Shown here: positions 33,260 to 42,095 of the stretch, in pieces
Layout of the letters: each line of letters opens with the position of its first letter
Numbering within the stretch: the first letter of the stretch is position 1
Position numbers and translations under genes: made by a program
The notes under the pieces: model-generated
Database searches by the model: none
Told to the model about the DNA's origin: nothing
Seen by the model: the letters and a program-made list of their open reading frames with translations, nothing else
NCBI GenBank assembly: GCA_947258425.1
Contig: CAMYIG010000002.1
Span: forward strand, 3,154 to 64,924
DNA: 61,771 nucleotides
Reading direction: 5' to 3'
Source: an uncultured Gammaproteobacteria bacterium
GTDB lineage: Bacteria; Pseudomonadota; Gammaproteobacteria; SZUA-140

Positions 33260-33856
33260 ATGAGCCACGCTTTTACCACGCTCCCTAGCAGCACCATCGC
33301 CCCCAACACACTATTGAAGCGCCCGACACAGGCAAGACGTCTCAACGTATCACTCGATGATGACGCGATACTTCTGATGACGGACTTCGAACGCGTTACA
33401 CCGATTACCATTTCAGCGGCGCTTCCGATACAGGTTGCCAACGATAAAATGATCGACTACGGCGTGCGCCTGCTATTCGTCACCGATGGCGACGACATCA
33501 TTCAAGGACTGATCACTGCCAACGATATTCTCGGAGAACGCCCGATCAAACATATCCAGCAGCATGGCGGTAACTTCAATGAAATTATCGTCAGCGATAT
33601 TATGACTCAACAGACTGAGCTTGAAGTGATCGACTTTGACGATCTTAACCGCGCATCAGTAGGCGAGGTCGTTGAAACCATGCGGGCATTCAACCGACAA
33701 CACGCACTGGTCATAGAACAGGAGATGGGACAAAGCTCTATTCGTGGGCTTTTGTCGACAACCCGCATCGGCCAGCAACTCGGTATCGATGTCGCACCGA
33801 CTAACCGCGCGCGTACTTTTCAGGAGCTTGAATCGGTGCTCGTGTCTGCAGCGTAA
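33260..33856 (+). CDS. CBS-domain pair protein
   Basis: 198 aa with two CBS-like modules (VRLLFVTDGDDIIQGLITANDIL; HALVIEQEMGQSSIRGLLSTTRI). Confidence 0.75.
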   Translation: MSHAFTTLPSSTIAPNTLLKRPTQARRLNVSLDDDAILLMTDFERVTPITISAALPIQVANDKMIDYGVRLLFVTDGDDIIQGLITANDILGERPIKHIQQHGGNFNEIIVSDIMTQQTELEVIDFDDLNRASVGEVVETMRAFNRQHALVIEQEMGQSSIRGLLSTTRIGQQLGIDVAPTNRARTFQELESVLVSAA

Positions 33857-33872
33857 AATAGAAACGATAATA

Positions 33873-33918
33873 TTAAGGGCGTGTTAAAAATCGGATTCGA
33901 TTTACAACACGCCCTTAA
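33873..33918. terminator. 13-bp inverted repeat between convergent genes; possible bidirectional terminator
   Basis: ttaagggcgtgtt (33873-33885) pairs with aacacgcccttaa (33906-33918). The right arm overlaps the last codons of the 101-aa ORF. Confidence 0.45.
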
Positions 33919-34207
33919 TCGCATTCAACAGCGTTAAACAGGATTGAGATACCGTGTCGTCACTCGCTTGCGACTCAATCTGCTCAGCATAGATCGCAAC
34001 CTTATCTGATATTCCTTTGCGATTGATTTTATTACCGCTATCGATAATTCTCAGCACATTGTTACCCAATGAAATGATCTTTCGCTGCAACGCCGCTTCA
34101 TTATTTTTATCGACAGTTTCCATCGACTGACTGTGCTGAGATTCAACTGCGCTCACAGCCGCTAAATGACATCGGAGTGTCTCTACTTTATCTTGTACTA
34201 TCGTCAC
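33902..34207 (-). CDS. Hypothetical helical protein (101 aa, GTG start)
   Basis: ORF 11 nt downstream of the His-rich LolA-like gene. It has no signal peptide and no homology I can recognise. Confidence 0.4.
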   Translation of the reverse strand: MTIVQDKVETLRCHLAAVSAVESQHSQSMETVDKNNEAALQRKIISLGNNVLRIIDSGNKINRKGISDKVAIYAEQIESQASDDTVSQSCLTLLNAIKGVL

Positions 34208-34218
34208 TGCAGCGATGC

Positions 34219-35091
34219 CTATCTGAAACGCGCCGACCCCTTATCCAGACTTCTTTTATGAAACAGCCGCTCATTCAATCCGGCATTAATTTTAACATCG
34301 GTCACCTCTAGCACTGTACTCGCCTGCGTCTCAGGCACAACAGCCTCTACTCTCTTCCAGAGCCAGAAATCTTTCTGTTGCTGCCATTCGATTTTCATAT
34401 CGAGCTGCATGTTGTCATCCGCACCATAAAACTGAATACGACTAATGCGCACCCCTTCTTTATCAACCCAGCTCACTCTTCTTGTCGGCGAGGCACTACC
34501 ACCATGATTATGGTGCCCACCATGACTATGGTGTGCCGGCCGGCTGTCGATTAAATAGTGCAGTCGATCATTAAATAGTTTTTCTTCAAGTAAGTTATGG
34601 TGATCAAGCTGCGGTGGGCGCGGCTCAAGATGCTCATGCGTCAGCAGTGAACCGGCAAACTCATCCTCATCATTGGAACCCTCATTATCACGCGGCACAA
34701 TGCGACGTGTCATGCCCAGTTCGGGCAGGTAGATCCACTCATCATTTTTTTCATCACTGCCGATGGGGTGCAGCCAGCCCAAGTAAGCAATGCCCTGACG
34801 CGCAGGCGGTGATTCGGTAAAAAAGATCGCCTTGTTGTCGTAACCATCTTTTCCCTTCATGTCTTTCCACACCATCGTGTAGGCAGCGTGCTGTGTCTTC
34901 TCACCGGGCTGAATAAAACTGAAATTCAGTGTGGCCACCTGATCCGAGACACGTGGGGCCTGATACACTTTTTTCATGATGGCGGTCGCGTCCGGCTCAG
35001 CCGCATACGCGACATTACTCAGCAATAGCAGCATAATACTCATGGGTGTTATCAGATAGTTCACTGGCGACCTCTCTCGTGTTAATGACAC
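34219..35091 (-). CDS. LolA-like outer-membrane lipoprotein-sorting family protein with a His-rich insert
   Basis: Has a signal peptide and the core motif DEWIYLPELGMTRRI...FAGS, shared with the two paralogues at 50.3-52.1 kb. Contains HHSHGGHHNHGG. Confidence 0.75.
   Translation of the reverse strand: MSLTRERSPVNYLITPMSIMLLLLSNVAYAAEPDATAIMKKVYQAPRVSDQVATLNFSFIQPGEKTQHAAYTMVWKDMKGKDGYDNKAIFFTESPPARQGIAYLGWLHPIGSDEKNDEWIYLPELGMTRRIVPRDNEGSNDEDEFAGSLLTHEHLEPRPPQLDHHNLLEEKLFNDRLHYLIDSRPAHHSHGGHHNHGGSASPTRRVSWVDKEGVRISRIQFYGADDNMQLDMKIEWQQQKDFWLWKRVEAVVPETQASTVLEVTDVKINAGLNERLFHKRSLDKGSARFR
34499..34533 (-). repeat. Tandem 18-nt duplication encoding HHSHGG/HHNHGG
   Basis: ccaccatgattatggtg (34499-34515) and ccaccatgactatggtg (34517-34533) differ by one mismatch. 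Confidence 0.85.
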
Positions 35092-35148
35092 ATACTATTT
35101 ATATAGTCGGCCAGGTGGTCATTTCTTACAGCCCGGTCACTTCAAACG

Positions 35149-36363
35149 CTACAATCGTCCGCGCGCATCCAGCATCGAAAAACCGATTAACCCGAGTTCA
35201 ACATCTTTGGTCAGCGCGATCACTTTAAATAACTCTCCCATCTCCTGGGGCATAGTTAACGTTTTCACTGCCTGCGCCTGCATCACCTGCTGCTCATGAG
35301 TAGACTTTTCAGCGACGACGGCCAGCGCATCCATCAGCCCCGCCCCCAAAAGAAAATGCGCCTGCGTGGTGTAACCGGCGACATCGAGCCCGGCATCGAC
35401 GGCACTCTCGGCAATCGCCGTAAAATCGACATGCGCGGTGACATCCTGCAATCCCGGCAGTATCAGTGGATCACTATGCGCCTGATGTTGATAGTGGCAC
35501 ATCACGGTGCCTTCGTTACGCTCTGGAATGTAATACTCGCGCCGTGGGAAACCGTAATCAATCAGCAGTACCAGCCCCTGCTCAAGTATTGCGGCGATAC
35601 TGCGCACCCAGTCTGCCGCGGCAAGATTAATCTCTGATAGATACTCGCTGTCGAATTCCTCGCGACCACATTCATCGATAATATGGGCAACGGCATCTGC
35701 CAGTCTTGCATCACTCAATTCACCATCACACCATGTGAGACGCTCGCCATCCCATGCAACATATCGCTCTACAGGATGTTCGGGATCAAAACGGACAAGG
35801 TGTACTGGCATGGCATCAAGCAGTTCATTGGCCAGCACTACGCCGCGAAAACCTTGCGCTGGCAGGACATCGATCCATTCCACACGCGCCAGCAAATGAG
35901 GTACTTCTTTCTGCAACCGCTCTCGTTGGCGCTGACGTAGGTCTGCGCTTAGGTCAAGGATGTAATAGTGTGCTGGCAGATGCCCCTGCCTTTCCAGTTC
36001 ACGCAAGATTTCACACGCCATTGCGCCTGACCCCGCCCCTACCTCAAGGATATCCATCTCACCATTGCCGGCCATCACCTGCCGACACTGGCGTGCAATA
36101 CAGTGTGAGAAAAGTGGTGAAAGCTCCGGGGCAGTAATGAAGTCACCCGCCGCACCAATTTTATGCGCGCCAGCACTGTAATATCCCAGTCCGGGCGCGT
36201 GCAACACTCGCTCCATGTAACGGGCAAAAGGGATCTTGCCGCCATTGCGTTCGATTTCATCGATGATGGACTGGCCCAGCTGTGCACTATGCGCAACCGT
36301 CTGTTCATCTAGCGTACCCAGCTGTAGCTGTCCCTGTTGAGAATTTGGCCTGTTTTGGTTCAC
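35149..36363 (-). CDS. SAM-dependent methyltransferase, DUF185/COG1565 (MidA/NDUFAF7-like)
   Basis: 404 aa containing GDFITAPELSPLF and ILEVGAGSGAMA. Confidence 0.8.
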   Translation of the reverse strand: MNQNRPNSQQGQLQLGTLDEQTVAHSAQLGQSIIDEIERNGGKIPFARYMERVLHAPGLGYYSAGAHKIGAAGDFITAPELSPLFSHCIARQCRQVMAGNGEMDILEVGAGSGAMACEILRELERQGHLPAHYYILDLSADLRQRQRERLQKEVPHLLARVEWIDVLPAQGFRGVVLANELLDAMPVHLVRFDPEHPVERYVAWDGERLTWCDGELSDARLADAVAHIIDECGREEFDSEYLSEINLAAADWVRSIAAILEQGLVLLIDYGFPRREYYIPERNEGTVMCHYQHQAHSDPLILPGLQDVTAHVDFTAIAESAVDAGLDVAGYTTQAHFLLGAGLMDALAVVAEKSTHEQQVMQAQAVKTLTMPQEMGELFKVIALTKDVELGLIGFSMLDARGRL

Positions 36364-36458
36364 TTTGCTTTATACTCTTGATGGTCGTCGCCCTGAAATT
36401 TCAGGACAGTATCAGGGTTAAGGACGATATTTTAACAGAGTTACAACGAGGAGATGCA

Positions 36459-37214
36459 GTGGGCGAAAATAGCGATAATCTTTCTGGCAAGGTCGCATTG
36501 ATCACCGGTGCGGCGCGACGGGTGGGGGCTGCCATTGCACGTACCTTGCACCGCGAAGGGATGAACCTCGCGCTGCATTACCACACCTCAGATAAAGCGG
36601 CGCGTGCGCTGCAAAAAGAGCTCAACGAAGTCCGCGAAGATTCAGTCGTACTGATTCAGGCTGATCTATTGCAGACCGCTAAACTCGCCTCTGTGGTTAA
36701 AGATACCCTCTCCCGCTGGAAACGGATCGATGTGGTCATCAACAACGCCTCAACCTTTTACCCTACACCCATCGGAAGCGTCACTGAAGCACAATGGGAC
36801 AACCTGCTCGGCACCAATCTAAAAGCGCCGTTCTTCCTCTCGCAGGCAGCCGCGCGCCATCTCAAACAACAGCGCGGCTGTATTATCAATATCGTCGATA
36901 TCCACGGTGATCGTCCCCTCAAGGAACACCCGGTCTACTGTACTGCGAAAGCGGGGCTGGTGATGTTATCCAAGGCGTTAGCGCGAGAACTGGGGCCGGA
37001 GGTACGCGTCAATGCGATCGCGCCCGGCGCGATTATGTGGCCCGAAAAAGGGATCGATGATGTCACCAAAAAGCGCATTCTCTCGCGCACGACGCTCAAA
37101 CGTCAGGGGTCCCCTGATGACATCGCACGTGCGGCACTTTTTTTGATTCGCGATGCCGGCTATATCAGTGGCCAGACGATCGCGGTCGATGGTGGGCGTT
37201 CGCTGAGCGACTAA
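36459..37214 (+). CDS. Short-chain dehydrogenase, pteridine reductase / FolM-like
   Basis: Contains GKVALITGAARRVGAAIA, NNAS and the YCTAK catalytic motif. The GTG start at 36459 is preceded by GAGGAG. The longer track ORF would overlap the divergent methyltransferase gene. Confidence 0.8.
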   Translation: MGENSDNLSGKVALITGAARRVGAAIARTLHREGMNLALHYHTSDKAARALQKELNEVREDSVVLIQADLLQTAKLASVVKDTLSRWKRIDVVINNASTFYPTPIGSVTEAQWDNLLGTNLKAPFFLSQAAARHLKQQRGCIINIVDIHGDRPLKEHPVYCTAKAGLVMLSKALARELGPEVRVNAIAPGAIMWPEKGIDDVTKKRILSRTTLKRQGSPDDIARAALFLIRDAGYISGQTIAVDGGRSLSD

Positions 37215-37217
37215 AGG

Positions 37218-37724
37218 CTACCAGTCGAAAGCGACTGGGGTTAACGCTTGGGACGCCTGATCAAACTGCTGCCACATTTCACGGAAGCTTTTTCCGTTGG
37301 CCGGATGAATCAAGGTACCCGATAGCTCCGCGAGTGGCCGTAACACAAAGGCCTGTTTTTCGATCTCATCACGCGGCAGTTGTAGCTTGCCCTGCTTCAA
37401 TACCACATCATCAAACAGCAGTAGATCGATATCGAGTGTGCGCGGACCAAAACTCGGCAGTGATCGGTCACGCTGGTGTGCATCTTCTATCTGCCGCAGT
37501 GTAACACCCAATAAGTCGATCTCACTGTCGGTCTCAAAATGTGCCACGAGATTATAGAAGGGTTCGCCATCGAAACCGACGGCGGCACTTTCATAGACTG
37601 TCGAGAGCGCTACATCGCCAAAAAGGGCGCGCAACGCGGCAACCCCCGAGCGGATATTGTGCTCACGCTCGACATTACTCCCAATACCAACATGCACCAG
37701 ATGTCCTCGTGACAGCGATGCCAT
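37218..37724 (-). CDS. folK: 6-hydroxymethyl-7,8-dihydropterin pyrophosphokinase
   Basis: 168 aa with HPPK-like sequence (GSN...RTLDIDLLLF). It abuts folB. Confidence 0.9.
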   Translation of the reverse strand: MASLSRGHLVHVGIGSNVEREHNIRSGVAALRALFGDVALSTVYESAAVGFDGEPFYNLVAHFETDSEIDLLGVTLRQIEDAHQRDRSLPSFGPRTLDIDLLLFDDVVLKQGKLQLPRDEIEKQAFVLRPLAELSGTLIHPANGKSFREMWQQFDQASQALTPVAFDW

Positions 37725-38081
37725 TCAGTCTCGAACCCCTCGTTCAATGATCACACCCACACCGCTGGCACCGCGTATCGCACCGACCTTATCAAGCCGC
37801 ACCCGCACCCAGCGCACGTCAAACTCATCAAGAATAATCGCGGCGACCTGTTCCGCCAGTGTTTCAACCAGTTGAAAGCTACTCGCCTCCACAAAACTGA
37901 TGATCCGTTTAGAGACCCCCTTATAATCCAGGGTATCTTCGATCGCATCGCTGGCGGCCGCCTTGCGGATGTCAGTCGCCATATCGAGATCAAAACTGAT
38001 GGTCTGTTTGATTTTCCGTTCCCAATCAAAGATGCCGATGATGGTTTCGATTTTAAGGTCACGCAGGTAGATGATATCCAT
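37725..38081 (-). CDS. folB: Dihydroneopterin aldolase
   Basis: 118 aa starting MDIIYLRDLKIETIIGIFDWER. Confidence 0.92.
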   Translation of the reverse strand: MDIIYLRDLKIETIIGIFDWERKIKQTISFDLDMATDIRKAAASDAIEDTLDYKGVSKRIISFVEASSFQLVETLAEQVAAIILDEFDVRWVRVRLDKVGAIRGASGVGVIIERGVRD

Positions 38082-38186
38082 AATCTGTAGCTGGTAATTA
38101 TTTGTGAAGTTAGTGAATCCGAGGTGCTATGATACAGGCTCTATCAGCAAGATATTCAGTTTAGCAGCATATAAACCAGCGTCACA

Positions 38187-38840
38187 ATGATCATTGCCAC
38201 TATCGCCATCGTCCTCGCCTACCTGATCGGCTCGCTCTCCACAGCGATCATCGCGTGTAAGCTCACCGGTCTGCCAGACCCACGCGGGCAGGGCTCTGGC
38301 AACCCCGGCGCGACCAATGTGCTGCGCTTCGGTGGCAAAAAGATTGCGGTCATCGTACTGCTCGGCGATATGTTAAAAGGCTTGCTACCAGTACTCGCTG
38401 TCAGCGTCATGGGCGCATCACCGCTGCTGATTGCGCTGACCGGCGCCGCCGCCTTTCTTGGGCATCTCTATCCGGTTTTCTTCGGCTTCAAGGGCGGCAA
38501 AGGGGTGGCGACTGCACTCGGCATCATGCTCGCGATCTCATGGCTGGCGGGACTCACGGTGTTGGCGGTATGGCTACTGGTCGCGTTCACACTGCGCTAT
38601 TCATCACTCGCCGCCCTCTGCGCCTCCTTTAGTGCGCCCCTCATCTGCTGGTTCTATCGCCCCGATATCGAAATACTGGTGATGATGATCGCGATGAGTG
38701 CGCTACTGATCTGGCGTCATAAATCCAACATCAGCAATCTGCTGCAAGGCGCTGAATCGAAGATCGGCGCAAAAAAATCTGTAAAACCGACTGTAGATTC
38801 CGCCACAGATCGACCCGATAACCCACCGAATAACCCTTAG
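38187..38840 (+). CDS. plsY: Glycerol-3-phosphate acyltransferase PlsY
   Basis: Polytopic membrane protein containing GSGNPGATNV and FKGGKGVAT. Confidence 0.93.
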   Translation: MIIATIAIVLAYLIGSLSTAIIACKLTGLPDPRGQGSGNPGATNVLRFGGKKIAVIVLLGDMLKGLLPVLAVSVMGASPLLIALTGAAAFLGHLYPVFFGFKGGKGVATALGIMLAISWLAGLTVLAVWLLVAFTLRYSSLAALCASFSAPLICWFYRPDIEILVMMIAMSALLIWRHKSNISNLLQGAESKIGAKKSVKPTVDSATDRPDNPPNNP

Positions 38841-38856
38841 CCCTATACTGCAACGC

Positions 38857-39876
38857 TTATGATAACGCGGCCAGCGTATCGATCGGCCAGCGTGCGCGCG
38901 CTTCGAATCTTGCTGGCTCCCGCTGCCCCGCCTGTAATCGCAGGCACCCCGCATAGGCGATCATCGCGCCATTATCAGTACAAAATTTCAGCCGTGGATA
39001 CGCGACCTGCGCCCGCTCCTTCAGCGCCATCTGATTGAGCCGCTCGCGCAGTGCACTGTTGGCACTCACACCTCCTGCAACGACTAACTGCCAAATGCCC
39101 GTCTCTCGGATGGCGCGCTGACATTTAATCGCCAATGTCTCAACCGCCGCGGTCTGAAAGGCGAGCGCGATATCGGCCCGGGTCTGTTCATCCATCTCAT
39201 TGGCATGTAGCGTATTCATCGCAAAGGTCTTCAGACCGCTAAAACTGAAATCAAGACCGGGGCGATCTGTCATTGGCCGTGGAAATTTAAACCGGGAAGG
39301 ATCGCCCTGTTTGGCAGTCTGTTCCAGTGCCGGTCCACCAGGGTAGCCCAAACCGAGCAGTTTAGCGGTCTTATCAAACGCCTCACCCACGGCGTCATCC
39401 AGTGACTCCCCGATGATCCTGTATTGCCCGACGCCCGTCACCGCGATCAACATCGTATGCCCTCCCGACACCAGCAGCGCGATAAAGGGAAACGACGGCG
39501 GATTCTCCTCCAGCATCGGTGCCAGCAGGTGCCCTTCAAGATGGTGCACGCCGACGGCAGGCACATCCCATCCCCACGCAAGGCTCCGCCCAACGGCAGC
39601 ACCGACCAGCAACGCGCCCACCAGCCCCGGCCCGGCGGTATAAGCGATGCCATCGATCTGCGCTGGCGTGGTCTCTGCCTGCTGCAGCGCCTCACGAATC
39701 AGCGGTAACAGCTTACGCACGTGATCACGTGATGCCAGCTCCGGTACCACACCGCCATATTCGGCGTGCATCGCCACCTGGCTATAGAGCATGTCTGAAA
39801 GCAGACCGTGCTCAGCATCATAGATCGCCACACCGGTCTCATCACAGGACGTTTCAATCCCAAGTACACGCATCAA
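38857..39876 (-). CDS. tsaD: tRNA N6-adenosine threonylcarbamoyltransferase
   Basis: 339 aa starting [19 protein letters not shown], and containing HHLEGH. Confidence 0.96.
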   Translation of the reverse strand: MMRVLGIETSCDETGVAIYDAEHGLLSDMLYSQVAMHAEYGGVVPELASRDHVRKLLPLIREALQQAETTPAQIDGIAYTAGPGLVGALLVGAAVGRSLAWGWDVPAVGVHHLEGHLLAPMLEENPPSFPFIALLVSGGHTMLIAVTGVGQYRIIGESLDDAVGEAFDKTAKLLGLGYPGGPALEQTAKQGDPSRFKFPRPMTDRPGLDFSFSGLKTFAMNTLHANEMDEQTRADIALAFQTAAVETLAIKCQRAIRETGIWQLVVAGGVSANSALRERLNQMALKERAQVAYPRLKFCTDNGAMIAYAGCLRLQAGQREPARFEARARWPIDTLAALS

Positions 39877-39998
39877 ATCACCCTGATTTTGTTAATCACC
39901 ATCATTCTGACATTATAACCAAGCTATGCTTCAGCCGCTTTGTGATTTGCCGAAAAAGAGAGATATACTACGCGTTCTGTATAATTTTCACTGACTTA

Positions 39999-41327
39999 AT
40001 GGCTGATGAGATAACCATGACAAACCTGGCGATCCAGATTAAAGGGCTAACCAAGATTTACCCCCCCGACAACCGGGCCATCGATGCGCTCGACCTTGAG
40101 GTCAAAGAGGGCGAGATCATGGCCCTGCTCGGCCCCAACGGCGCGGGCAAGAGCACCACGATCCGCGCCGCTTCGACCCTGTGCGGCTTTGATGAAGGGA
40201 ACGTGATGATCTCAGGCTTCGATGTCGACACGCACTCATTAGAAGTTAGGCAGTCAATCGGCGTCGTCGCGCAACAGACCGGCATTGATTACTTTCTAAC
40301 CGGTCGCGAGAATATGGTGCTGCAAGGCCATCTCTACCGCATGAAAAAGAGCGACATCGATGCACGTATCACCGAACTTGCGGGCTATTTTGAACTCGAT
40401 AACATGATCGACAATCTGGTGAGCACCTATTCTGGCGGTATGCGCAGAAAACTCGATATCGCGTGCGCCCTGATCCATCGCCCAAAAATCCTGTTTCTGG
40501 ATGAGCCGACACTGGGGCTCGATATCAAAAATCGCAAGATATTATGGAAACACATCGACAAACTCAACAAAGAGTTTGGCTTAACCATTCTGCTCACCAC
40601 GCACTATCTGGAAGAAGCGGACAACCTCTCCCATCAGGTGGCGATCATCAATGGCGGTAAGGTACAGGTGGTCGATACCCCGGACGCGCTGAAGAATAGC
40701 ATTCACGGTGACTCGATTACGGTCACCTTTGATGATGTGGGTAAAAATGAACAGGCGTTCTTTCACCACGCGCAACAACAATCGTATATCAAAGAGACCT
40801 CGTGGGAAGATAACAAGTTACATCTTTACGTCGAAGATGGTGGCGCAAATGTCGCTGCATTAATGGCGGTCGCCGCTGAGAGCGGTGCAAAGATTGTCAA
40901 TCTTTCACTGTCACGCCCCACACTAGATGATGTCTTCCTTAAATATACCGGCACCAGCATTAGCGAAGTCAAAGAAGATGAGGGTGACGAGTGGTGGAAA
41001 CAGTGGGCCGGTAAAGGTGGCAATAGCGGTAAATGGAAGAGCGAATGGGGTACTAACGACGGCGACACTGAAGCAGGTGGCGAAGATGAGTCATGGAAGA
41101 ATAGCGAATGGCTACAAGATGGTGAGCAAGGCAAAAACATGGGCGCCAAAAAAAGAGAAGAAGCCCAATGGCAGCAAACGGCATGGGCTGAAGGAAAACA
41201 GCAGCCTGCCCAGGACGAAAGTAGTAACACCGCTGACAAGCAGGAAGGTCAGCAGTGGGATCAGTCTCAACAGGATGACTGGCAAAATAATGAATGGAAC
41301 AAAAACAAAGATGGCGGAGAGAAATAA
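39999..41327 (+). CDS. ABC transporter ATP-binding protein (DrrA-like) with a 120-aa Trp-rich acidic C-terminal tail
   Basis: Walker A GPNGAGKST, signature YSGGMRRKL and Walker B ILFLDEPT are present. The start is the ATG at 39999 or at 40017. The longer track ORF is an artefact overlapping tsaD. Confidence 0.88.
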   Translation: MADEITMTNLAIQIKGLTKIYPPDNRAIDALDLEVKEGEIMALLGPNGAGKSTTIRAASTLCGFDEGNVMISGFDVDTHSLEVRQSIGVVAQQTGIDYFLTGRENMVLQGHLYRMKKSDIDARITELAGYFELDNMIDNLVSTYSGGMRRKLDIACALIHRPKILFLDEPTLGLDIKNRKILWKHIDKLNKEFGLTILLTTHYLEEADNLSHQVAIINGGKVQVVDTPDALKNSIHGDSITVTFDDVGKNEQAFFHHAQQQSYIKETSWEDNKLHLYVEDGGANVAALMAVAAESGAKIVNLSLSRPTLDDVFLKYTGTSISEVKEDEGDEWWKQWAGKGGNSGKWKSEWGTNDGDTEAGGEDESWKNSEWLQDGEQGKNMGAKKREEAQWQQTAWAEGKQQPAQDESSNTADKQEGQQWDQSQQDDWQNNEWNKNKDGGEK

Positions 41328-41330
41328 TCC

Positions 41331-42083
41331 ATGCTCGTAGATACATGGCATCTATTTAACAAATACATGCGCATCACTATGCGCATGCCGATGTGGACCC
41401 TGTTTACCCTGATCCAGCCACTTATCTGGCTACTGATCTTTGGGCAGTTATTTAAAGACTTTGTTCAGCTCGGCGATCAGGATTACATGGGGTTTATGGT
41501 GCCGGGCATACTGGTGATGACGGTACTATTTGGGTCGTCATGGTCAGGCGTTAGTCTGTTACGCGAAATCACCGCAGGCACGATCGACAAGATGCTGGTG
41601 TCACCCGTATCGCGCATCGCCATCGTGCTCAGCCGCGTACTGCACTCTTCAGCACAGGTGATCGCGCAGGCGTTTGTGATGTTGCTGGTCGCGTGGCTAC
41701 TGGGTGCAACACTCAACATGAACCCCATCTATTTAATGATGGCAATGCTCATTGTCTTTTTACTGGGCGTCGGCTTTGCGGCACTTTCAAATGGCTTCGC
41801 CATCGCATTACAACGAGAAGAACCTCTGGTCATGATCGGTAACCTGATGACACTACCGCTAATCTTCTTTTCATCAGCGCTCGTACCGGAACAGTTCATG
41901 CCGGACTGGATTCAACTTATCTCTGCAGTCAATCCGATCAGCTATGCCGTCGATGCAATTCGCGCGGTGTTAAGTCCCACGCCTGATATGACTGTTTTTG
42001 GACAGGGGCTATTAGTATTGACTATATTTGCAGGCGCTTCACTGACATGGGCAGTGACTGCTTTCAATGCACTCAGAGACTAA
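41331..42083 (+). CDS. ABC-2 type transporter permease
   Basis: 250 aa with about 6 TM segments. It starts 3 nt after the ATPase stop. Confidence 0.85.
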   Translation: MLVDTWHLFNKYMRITMRMPMWTLFTLIQPLIWLLIFGQLFKDFVQLGDQDYMGFMVPGILVMTVLFGSSWSGVSLLREITAGTIDKMLVSPVSRIAIVLSRVLHSSAQVIAQAFVMLLVAWLLGATLNMNPIYLMMAMLIVFLLGVGFAALSNGFAIALQREEPLVMIGNLMTLPLIFFSSALVPEQFMPDWIQLISAVNPISYAVDAIRAVLSPTPDMTVFGQGLLVLTIFAGASLTWAVTAFNALRD

Positions 42084-42095
42084 GCTGTCACCATG

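Noticed and set aside
36282-36458. Upstream 59 codons of the SDR/pteridine-reductase ORF
   Set aside because: The extension would overlap the start of the divergent methyltransferase gene and contains no Rossmann-fold sequence. A GTG at 36459 preceded by GAGGAG, immediately before the GxxxGxG region, is the better start.
39519-39998. 160-codon N-terminal extension of the ABC ATPase ORF (track ORF 39519..41327)
   Set aside because: The extension overlaps tsaD on the opposite strand. It is Arg/Pro/His-rich with no ABC-like sequence, and it crosses the tsaD start and the promoter region. The conserved ATPase N-terminus begins at the ATG at 39999 or 40017.
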